Shown here piece by piece: positions 8,260 through 16,000 of a stretch of 24,799 nt of DNA. The notes beneath the pieces were generated by a model, which was not told the origin of the DNA, did not search any database, and saw only the letters and a list, made by a program, of their open reading frames with translations. A program made the translations under genes and the position numbers. The first letter of the stretch is position 1; every line of letters begins with the position of its first letter. This stretch comes from a virus. Its lineage: Duplodnaviria; Caudoviricetes. The stretch spans positions 1 to 24,799 of IMG/VR virus record IMGVR_UViG_3300022922_000073; one strand, given 5' to 3'.

Positions 8260-8489
8260 TAGCTTTTTTTGCTTCTGGCCTTCTTTGGGGCTTTGCCGCC
8301 TTCCCACGCCTCGTTTTCTGGCGTCGAAGGGTTGTCTGCTTTCAAAGTTCCGTCAGCGTTACGCGCTCGTTTTGGCTCTGATGCCGCTGCCTTTTTCTTT
8401 GTCTTTGACCATCCAGCTTTCTCGAAGCGAGAAAAGTCACTCTCTTCGATAATCGCGTGATCTGTGCCTTTATAAACCGTGATTGTCAT
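8259..8489 (-). CDS. Small basic head-associated hypothetical protein
   Basis: 76 aa; RARNADGTLKADNPSTPENEAW motif of a kind seen in marine phage head-region genes; AAGGA RBS. Confidence 0.65.
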   Translation of the reverse strand: MTITVYKGTDHAIIEESDFSRFEKAGWSKTKKKAAASEPKRARNADGTLKADNPSTPENEAWEGGKAPKKARSKKS

Positions 8490-8498
8490 TTCATGTCC

Positions 8499-8536
8499 TT
8501 TGATAAAGGGGCGAGGAAAACCCCGCCCCGATCAAA
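8499..8536 (-). terminator. Stem-loop after the major capsid gene (partial terminator or mRNA stabiliser)
   Basis: Minus strand TTTGATC-GGGGCGGGG-TTTT-CCTCGCCCC-TTTATCAAA directly after the capsid stop. Confidence 0.55.
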
Positions 8537-9676
8537 TTAACCAGCGATCCGAACCGCCAACTGTGGACGGATCAGTTTAACGCCCCACAGAGCGTCAAGG
8601 CTGTAAACAACCTGTTTGTGCTGACGTGAAACTTCGAGGCGCATTGAAAGACCTGTTTGTGGGTCTGTCATCGCAACGATTTGGTTTCCATAACCATCGC
8701 CTTGAGTTGCACCTTGAAGGGGGCGCATTGCAAGAGCGAAGGCGTCACGATGGAAGCCCAAGTTTACAACGTGGTCAGCTTTCACAGTGATCGCCGCATT
8801 GTCAGCGATAGTGCCAGTGATTGCTGGTGATACAGTCACAGACTGTGCGCCACCTGATGCCGCTGGAGCCGCAACAACCGCATATGTCTGGGTATTCCCA
8901 GCCATTGTGATGATGTCGCCAACTACAAGACCGCCTGTGCCTGTCATTCCGTCGATGGCAACAGTTGTGTCACCAGCCGAAAGAGCGCCATTCACAAGTG
9001 GAGTCCCAGAGCCGCCAGCGCTGTGCGTGACAACCGCATCGTCGGTGTAAAGATCAAAGCCGAACTTGCGTCCGATTTCACCGTCGATTTTCGGGCCTGT
9101 GCCGCCAACTTCGTTGACGTTGTTGAAAGCGTCCAATGCCAAGGCGTTTGCTTCCGCATCAAAATCGAGGATCATCCGACGATCTGTGCGTGGGCATAGC
9201 TGTTGGTTAAGCACTTTACGCGCATCGGTTGCCGCAGAAACCGCTGACGCGAATGGAGTTGTGCCAGCCGTACCAGCAAAACCAAAAACACCCGTGTACT
9301 GCTCGTGTACAGTGGTGTTGATTTTGTTGGCAAGAGCTTTAACAGCCTCGCTCATTTGCATTGGGACAAAGTGTTCATTGCGATCCACTTCGACCATTTC
9401 CTTATCGGTCATGTGGAAGTTCGCTTCATACCAATTGCTCAAGGAGATTTGAACTTTGGAAGGTGAGCTATCCGCTGGTGCGGGGGGAGTATTGCTCGGG
9501 CTTACTGCGCTGACACTCAAAGCAGATGGGATTGGCACGTCGATAGTGTCACCCTTTTGAGCGGCTTGGGCAGAATAGTCGCCATTTACAACGCGGGGCA
9601 TGATAGCCTGTTCGCGCAATGCCAATAGTCCTCTGGCGAGGATCTTAGGCATGATATTCGATACGGTATTAACCAT
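8537..9676 (-). CDS. Major capsid protein (P22 coat-like, HK97 fold with insertion domain)
   Basis: VNGDYSAQAAQKGDTIDVPIP...ALANKIN...GEIGRKFGFDLY...NLGFHRDAFALAMRPL...LDALWGVKLIRPQLAVRI. Start moved to ATG 9676 (GAGG RBS). Confidence 0.9.
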   Translation of the reverse strand: MVNTVSNIMPKILARGLLALREQAIMPRVVNGDYSAQAAQKGDTIDVPIPSALSVSAVSPSNTPPAPADSSPSKVQISLSNWYEANFHMTDKEMVEVDRNEHFVPMQMSEAVKALANKINTTVHEQYTGVFGFAGTAGTTPFASAVSAATDARKVLNQQLCPRTDRRMILDFDAEANALALDAFNNVNEVGGTGPKIDGEIGRKFGFDLYTDDAVVTHSAGGSGTPLVNGALSAGDTTVAIDGMTGTGGLVVGDIITMAGNTQTYAVVAAPAASGGAQSVTVSPAITGTIADNAAITVKADHVVNLGFHRDAFALAMRPLQGATQGDGYGNQIVAMTDPQTGLSMRLEVSRQHKQVVYSLDALWGVKLIRPQLAVRIAG

Positions 9677-9713
9677 TACGATTTTCCTCATAGATTTAGA
9701 TTTAGGGTTAGAA

Positions 9714-9808
9714 AGCCCCGCCGAGGCTCAGATGACGAACTCCGCTCGTCTAGTTTGTGAGAAGGTCAACCTCACCGAGATTGACCCAACGCATTATCTC
9801 ACTGCGTT
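9714..9808 (-). promoter_or_regulatory. Four tandem hairpins in the capsid leader
   Basis: Inverted repeats at 9714-9728, 9734-9750, 9764-9786 and 9788-9808, carrying related G-rich motifs at their apices. Confidence 0.55.
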
Positions 9809-10562
9809 ATTCGGTGACTTGAATTTTTCCCATAGCAATAGCTTCGAGAGAGTTATTCATGCCTTCTTGATTATACAGTGACACCTTGCGACCAGCTACA
9901 CCGACACCGCCAGAAGCGCCGCCGCCAGATGATGACTTAAACAGATGTGGAGCTTGCTCTTCTAAGCTGCCATACCATTCCTCTACGGTCAAAGGCGTTC
10001 CCTTTTTGCCGTAAACAATCTGATCGCCCTGCATGGGCATCAAATCTCTAGTTTCTGGATCTAAACGCCAAACCTGATTTGCACGGTTCATAACGTCCTC
10101 AATCGCAGTTTCACGAACGCCAGCGCTCACCGCTGCCTTTGATAGGCGTTGGTTAATAAAGAAGCTGTCACGCTCTTGCTTGTACTGCTTGGCCTCTTGA
10201 GTGGCTGTCTCTGCTTGCGTCAGAGCCGCTTTCATTTGCGCCTCCATATCAGTCCTCAAGCGCTCGGTTCTCGCGTGAACCAACTCGTCAACTTTGCCAG
10301 CCTCAATCAATTCTTGGTCTTTCTGCGCTTGCTCTCTTTCTTTGAGTTGCTTGTATTCGTCGAGATCAACCGACTGAACAACCTTTGAAAGCTTCGCCAT
10401 ATCTTTTTGCAGCTTGATGTTATTATCGCGAAACTGGTCAACAGTGTCTTTTGACACCATGCCATCAACAGCCAACTCGTAACCGCTTTCAGTTTGTTGA
10501 TAAAATTCTGCAACCCCATCGGGTAGTCCTTCCAGACTGTCTAATTTTGCTTTTAAAGCCAT
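9807..10562 (-). CDS. Capsid scaffolding protein
   Basis: Acidic coiled-coil protein directly upstream of the capsid gene; C-terminal APHLFKSSSGGGASG. Confidence 0.8.
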   Translation of the reverse strand: MALKAKLDSLEGLPDGVAEFYQQTESGYELAVDGMVSKDTVDQFRDNNIKLQKDMAKLSKVVQSVDLDEYKQLKEREQAQKDQELIEAGKVDELVHARTERLRTDMEAQMKAALTQAETATQEAKQYKQERDSFFINQRLSKAAVSAGVRETAIEDVMNRANQVWRLDPETRDLMPMQGDQIVYGKKGTPLTVEEWYGSLEEQAPHLFKSSSGGGASGGVGVAGRKVSLYNQEGMNNSLEAIAMGKIQVTE

Positions 10563-10634
10563 GAAAAAACGCTCCGCGCTCTTATATAAATTTCGCTCTC
10601 AGCACCGCCTCGAACGTGTGAGCCAATCTCACTA

Positions 10635-10677
10635 TTGACATAATTATGCTAAAAGCATATATTACATAATGTAATAA
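10635..10677 (+). promoter_or_regulatory. Sigma70-type promoter overlapped by palindromic operator(s)
   Basis: TTGACA (10635-40), 17 bp, TATATT (10658-63); TATGCT-aaa-AGCATA palindrome in the spacer; ATTACATaATGTAAT at 10661-10675. Confidence 0.75.
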
Positions 10678-10701
10678 TAACAAAATAGGAACCCAAACTC
10701 A

Positions 10702-11166
10702 ATGTGGATTTTTACTTCAGACTGTTTCCTGTCCATCGTGGCAGACAAAGATAACCTAAAAGGCGACAGGCTTCTCGTTCGCTCTCGCGTCAAAGGCGCG
10801 ATCAACAAGCTTTTTCCTGATGTTCAAGAAGTGTATATGACAGGCTCAGATTACGCTTATCGTGCATGGGTAAAGCGCAACGAAGTCTCTCGCGTTGTTC
10901 AGAATTATATAAATGCTCTCAGCTACGATAATTTTAAGAACAGCATCAAGGACAAAGAATATTGCAGGGCCAGCATGGGCGTCTGGCAAGAAATGTTTGA
11001 TTACCAAGAACGTGAGGAAGGTCGCCTCAACCCGCCAGAATATGAGCTGGAAGGGGCAGGGGATAACTTTGTCCCATATCAGCCCAAGAGCCGAACCTTT
11101 GGTCAACGTGGCGTCCTCTTTAATGAGCGCTACGGTCAAAACCATAAGCTGGGGCGCAAGCAGTAA
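10702..11166 (+). CDS. Conserved phage hypothetical protein
   Basis: MWIFT..FLSIV...LLVRSR...DYAYRA...YDNFK...VW pattern; AGGA RBS and a good promoter upstream. Confidence 0.75.
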   Translation: MWIFTSDCFLSIVADKDNLKGDRLLVRSRVKGAINKLFPDVQEVYMTGSDYAYRAWVKRNEVSRVVQNYINALSYDNFKNSIKDKEYCRASMGVWQEMFDYQEREEGRLNPPEYELEGAGDNFVPYQPKSRTFGQRGVLFNERYGQNHKLGRKQ

Positions 11167-11453
11167 TGGCTAATTTAAAAATAAAATCAAAAATGCGAAT
11201 TGTGATGTCTTTTGATGTTCTCTTTGATGGTTCGCTAGAAGAATTATCAAAGCTTGATCAAAGGGCTTCAAGCCTTTGCACTGAAAACTTTGATAAGATT
11301 TCCTCGGAATTTAAAAAGCCCGTTTTCTTTAGTAATCCGCAATTTTGCATTCAAGAAAGACGAAATCAAATGAAGGATGGAGTAGTGGTGAGCGAAGGTT
11401 CTCCACCTATCGAAAACGTTATCTTTAGATGGAAGGCAAATAATGCTGGTTGA
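11166..11453 (+). CDS. Hypothetical protein
   Basis: 95 aa, TAATG-coupled to the upstream gene. Confidence 0.6.
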   Translation: MANLKIKSKMRIVMSFDVLFDGSLEELSKLDQRASSLCTENFDKISSEFKKPVFFSNPQFCIQERRNQMKDGVVVSEGSPPIENVIFRWKANNAG

Positions 11454-11877
11454 ATTGTGCTTGGCCCTGACTGTGTATCATGAGGCGCGTGGAGAGCCTC
11501 TAGAGGGCCAGAGAGCCGTTGCCGAGGTGGTGATCAACCGTGTCGAGCATAGCGCGTTCCCTGACGATGTTTGCAGCGTTGTGACAGACGCCAACCAATT
11601 CAGCTTCGTCTCAAGGAACGGCTGGGCGGCGATCCCAAGTGATCAGGACGCATGGGCTGACGCGGTAAATATAAGCCAAGAGGCGCTGCGAAATCTGAGG
11701 CTGGGAAAGAGAACCTATTCGGATCAGAACCTTCTTTGGTATCACCGAAAAGACATCACCACGGTCTGGTCAAAAGATCTGGATGAAAGGATGACCATTG
11801 GAGATCATAAGTTCTTTACTGATCATCAGACTGTAAGGGCATCACTCAGGCCCAGAGCCAAACCACAGAAAACATAA
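11443..11877 (+). CDS. Cell wall hydrolase, SleB/Hydrolase_2 family
   Basis: CLALTVYHEARGEPLEGQRAVAEVVINRV...FPDDVCSVV...QFSF...IGDHKFF; C-terminal SLRPRAKP. Confidence 0.92.
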   Translation: MLVELCLALTVYHEARGEPLEGQRAVAEVVINRVEHSAFPDDVCSVVTDANQFSFVSRNGWAAIPSDQDAWADAVNISQEALRNLRLGKRTYSDQNLLWYHRKDITTVWSKDLDERMTIGDHKFFTDHQTVRASLRPRAKPQKT

Positions 11878-11879
11878 TC

Positions 11880-11901
11880 AAGGGGCTTCGGCCCCTTTTT
11901 T
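11880..11901 (+). terminator. Rho-independent terminator
   Basis: AAGGGGC-TTCG-GCCCCTT followed by a T run, directly after the hydrolase stop. Confidence 0.9.
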
Positions 11902-11937
11902 AATTTAAAAAAAATTACAAATTTATAAATTTTACCC

Positions 11938-12014
11938 TTTACATTATGCTTTAGGCATATTATATAGTTTATATAAACATAAAAACAAACCCAAACGAAA
12001 GATCGAAAAAATGA
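11938..12014 (+). promoter_or_regulatory. Early-type promoter plus leader, copy A of a duplicated element
   Basis: TTTACA-17bp-TATATA; from 11949 onward near-identical to the reverse complement of 24141-24203. Confidence 0.7.
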
Positions 12015-12205
12015 CAAAACGTCCCAATGTCCTTCAGCTTCAGAACCTTTACAAAAAAGTTTATGGCGAACTTCCTCACAAGCGTATCCAACTTAACTGG
12101 ATGCGTTTCGATGATAGCACCAAAGAAAAATGTCTTGGCGCATTACGCGAAATGCTTGCAGAGCGCCGCGCCGAATATAAAGCCTCTCTTAAAGCCAGCG
12201 CGTAA
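12011..12205 (+). CDS. Hypothetical protein (small, basic)
   Basis: 64 aa; first gene after the duplicated promoter. Confidence 0.65.
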   Translation: MTKRPNVLQLQNLYKKVYGELPHKRIQLNWMRFDDSTKEKCLGALREMLAERRAEYKASLKASA

Positions 12206-12218
12206 GGGAGAAGCTGAA

Positions 12219-12509
12219 ATGGAAACGAAAACCTTTTATATTTTGAAGAAACTCGAAAAATTCAGCCCACAAATGGCGGCATCAATTCGAATAAACGGTG
12301 GCAACCCTGATGAGCCGAAGGCAATGGAAGCCTACGCCGACTTCGGAGAGGCCATGAGTGACATGAACTTTTTTGTTGATACTCACCGCACCGTTTGCGA
12401 GCAATTCAACCAAGAACCGACTGACAAATATTCAGTTGAAAAAATCGAAGTTGACCCAGATACTACGCTTTCAGATGTGCGTCAGTTCGAAGTCTATGGA
12501 TGGGGGTGA
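12219..12509 (+). CDS. Hypothetical protein
   Basis: Start moved to ATG 12219 (AAGGGAG RBS); 96 aa beginning METKTFYIL. Confidence 0.65.
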   Translation: METKTFYILKKLEKFSPQMAASIRINGGNPDEPKAMEAYADFGEAMSDMNFFVDTHRTVCEQFNQEPTDKYSVEKIEVDPDTTLSDVRQFEVYGWG

Positions 12510-12513
12510 GAGA

Positions 12514-12699
12514 ATGGCACTAGAAACAATCTTGATGGAAAATTCAAAGCACTCTTACGATGTTGAGGTTTCTGTTTACAAAGACGGTAAATATCACACT
12601 TGCGACACCGTGGAAGTGGAAGCCAACAACCGCGCCCAAGCTCGCTCAACAGTTGAAAAAGCTGGGTATGAAGTTCGCTCAGTCAACATGACAGGGTAA
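12514..12699 (+). CDS. Hypothetical protein (small beta-beta-alpha-beta type)
   Basis: Start moved to ATG 12514 (GGGGGTGAG RBS); YDVEV...TVEVEANNRAQARSTVEKAGYEVRSV. Confidence 0.65.
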   Translation: MALETILMENSKHSYDVEVSVYKDGKYHTCDTVEVEANNRAQARSTVEKAGYEVRSVNMTG

Positions 12700-12703
12700 G
12701 GTA

Positions 12704-13048
12704 CTAATCAAAATATCTCAGCATGGCGCGGCACTCTTCGGAGTAGTCGCGCTTTTCTTTTTTCTCTCTCGTCCAAACAAACTCAAAAGCCCCGAAGATT
12801 TCCCAGTCATCTTGCTCAGTTATTTCCTCAAAAACCCTTCCAGAAATGCGCCAAGGGCCGCTTCCCTTAACCTCGCCAGAAACCAAATGAACGCCATGAG
12901 TGGCCTCACTGTCTGTCCAATCTGCCTCACCCCAAACTATCCCATCGCGTCGAGCGATTAAGTGAGTTGCAACACGAACGACACCTTCATGAGTGCATTT
13001 TAGGCCACGCCTTGTTGCAGAAAAATCAATTAAGCTCTGTTTGCTCAT
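12704..13048 (-). CDS. Hypothetical protein; candidate immunity/partner of the MuF effector
   Basis: 114 aa; ATGA-coupled to the MuF stop, GAGG RBS. Confidence 0.6.
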   Translation of the reverse strand: MSKQSLIDFSATRRGLKCTHEGVVRVATHLIARRDGIVWGEADWTDSEATHGVHLVSGEVKGSGPWRISGRVFEEITEQDDWEIFGAFEFVWTREKKEKRDYSEECRAMLRYFD

Positions 13049-16000
13049 CTGTGTTTTATGACCTCGCTTAATTTTCGACCATCAGGCCAGCGATCCATGC
13101 CTTTTTCTAACATCAAGTAATTCATCAAATCGCCAGCTTCTTGTGCATTTTTCATTATCAAAACTTCCAAATCATCGAACAAAGAAAGGCTGTCTTTGAA
13201 TATGGTTTCATTACTGCTCCCGCGAGAGGCGTATTCCATCCCCTTCACGCTGGTATATCTTTCTTTTAGGACATAACTTTCTGTAGTTGTTTTCCCATAG
13301 TTGTCGCTGTCGTAACTCAAGGCGTCCATACGCCCAGCGACTTTTCCTTTCCATATTATGTTTCCATTGTAATCCATTATATCAGATCTTTTTCTCTTTA
13401 TTCGCGTGAAGAAATATTGAGCGCCCCCTGTTTCCATATCTGCTGTGGGCGACATACCGCCAATAGGAACGCCTCGACGCAACTTATCCATCGTGGGGGC
13501 CATCTGACCGCCACCGTCAATGATGTTCTTTATCGCGTCAAATGTCGCCCCTGTGTGCAAACTGTGAGAAATGACATATTTCTGTTGAAAATCTTCCCAT
13601 TCTGGCCCCACCAAATCAGGCCTGTATCGCACAACCCTTCCATACCCATATTGCTGCCAATCTCCAAACGGATTATAGCTTGAAAGCGCCGTAATGTCAT
13701 CAACGCCAGCCGCGTCACTGACTTCTTTTTGCAAGTATTTGATCCGCTCTTCCTGATTGAGTTTAGCAGCCTTCTTGACCCTTGAATTGTACCATGTACC
13801 TTTTCTACCATCTTCGGCAGCTTGAGCGTAAAGTGATTGCATCAGGTAAAGCTCTTCACGATCAGCTTGAGAAGCTCGTTTTGTGTTTATTCCCAGCCGA
13901 GCCATAACCTTCAGCTGGGTTTCAATTGCGACGATTCCATCACCGTCAACTTCCATTTCAATGCGATTTCTAAAAGCTGCTTGTGAGTTACTAGGGAAGT
14001 AACGAACTTTCACCCCATCAACATTTGTTTCATAATTTGTTATCTCACGGGAATATTGACCCTCTCCGTTATCCCTTCCCTTACCATCCTTAAAGCTTCT
14101 TCTATTCCAAGCGGCTCGTGTCTTTTTAACCCATACAATCTCGTCGGCCTCACCAGCTTTCAAAATAGCCTTGGGTGATACCTGTGGAGAAAACACCCCA
14201 GAGTTCCAAGCCACAAAAAAGTGCTTGTCAGACTGTTTCTTTGCAATATCCACAAACTTTTGGAGATCGTCTTTCCAGCCCAAATAATAAGCCTTCAGTG
14301 CCTTGACATCATCAGCGTCTAAAGTTGAAGCTTTTGCGTCTAATTCATCAATGATCAGATCAATTTGCTTAATTGCGATCTCAGATCTGTTAATATCTTT
14401 TTGCTGATATGCTTCTTGAGCTTTATTTCTTACGCCAATCCCTTTCACTGCTGTCAATATCGAGTCCTCTACAATATCCAGCCTAACAGTTTCGCCGCTA
14501 GATCCCGTTGCAGACTGAATTTCTTCATCAAGCTTTTTCGCCCTAGCTCCCCTGATCTTGAGATATGCGCCTGATCTGGCCTTTCCGCTCACTTCTTCAA
14601 AATTATAGAAATGAACAAGTTGATCCTCAATTTCGTCCTTATCGGTAACAATGCTGTAGCCACCCGTTCCACTTTCCTCGACCAACTTGGCCTCTTGCTT
14701 CGTTACGGGCGCTGTGGGGGCGTCAGGAGCGTCTGTTTGATATTTCTTAAGCTGATCGGCGTAAGTTTTCTTAAGGACGTTCTTGCGGCCTATCAGAACC
14801 TCTGCGAGGTCATCTGCATCATCGCCCATGATGTCATTAACCAACCGCCGAATGTCATCGTCGCTAATTGCAACAATTCGAGCAACGCCAGCGACAATTT
14901 GATCTTCGTTTATTTTTCCGAAAACCTTACCTGAGTTGAAATCATTGAAACGCAAACTTTCGAGTTCAAGAACCTCATCTTTTGAGAAAGCCTTTCGACC
15001 GCCCTGCGCTCTGAAAAATAAAGTGCCGCCTGTGTCAATTCGAAAGCTTGAGCCATCAGCCATCTTTTTTAAATTTAGCTGCTTCGGCCCCCCGTTGCCG
15101 ATAACGTCCCAATTTGCCAGCCAAGCATCAGCCGCAAAGCCTTCTTGCGTTCCGTTCAGCTTTTTCATTCCCGCCGTTGTAACATCATCAATTTTTTCAA
15201 TACGGCTTGAAATACCAATCTTATCGACATCTCGGCCCCCAATGCTTCCCTTGATTGGAAGTAGGTTCACATCAGCAACCTTTACCCCTGCGGCCTGATA
15301 CAGCTTTGCGCTCAACACTTCGACCTTTGCCATGAGTTCAGTGTCGGGGGCTTTTATATAAAATTCTTGACCATCGACCTTGCTTCGAAAGAGGCCACCT
15401 AAATTCGACCCGTCTTGTTTGCCTACCTGTTCGAGGTCATCAAACAAAACACCCTCGTCTGCCCTCTGTGTGGCCTTCTGAGTGACGATAGCCGCCGCAT
15501 CATCGTCTAACTGCTTGGCGGTCTTTCCCGCACTAGCGGCCTCTTTTAAGAGATCTTGATCATCAGCCGATAAGCTATCGAATGCCTCCTGTTCTTTTGA
15601 CGCGAGAGGTTTGTTGGCTTTGAACTTTTTCTTGATTTTGGTTTTCATCGCCGCCAGAGACTTCGCCGCTTGTATGACATCTTTCTGAGCTTGAACCTTT
15701 GCGGCATCGACTATGGCATCGCCTGTTAGCCCCCCAGACTTCGATAAGTTGTCATAGGCGACTTTGTGCGTGGAAAACCCTGTCCCGCCTTCCTTGGCCT
15801 TTGAGAGATATTCTGTGGCCTCGTCTGTTTGCTTTTTTATTTGATCAGTTACAATTTTATTGTTTACGGCAACCTGATCCGAAATAAATTTCAGAGTAAT
15901 ACTGGCCTCTTGTGCAGAAACATCAGGGCCATGCTCAAAGTAATCACTGATAATTCCCTTTGCGCTTCCATAATCCCCAATATCAAACTCTTCAGCATCA

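Noticed and set aside
12027-12699. ORF-track starts at 12027 and 12373 implying long overlaps between island genes
   Set aside because: Downstream ATGs at 12219 and 12514 have clear RBSs and remove the overlaps.
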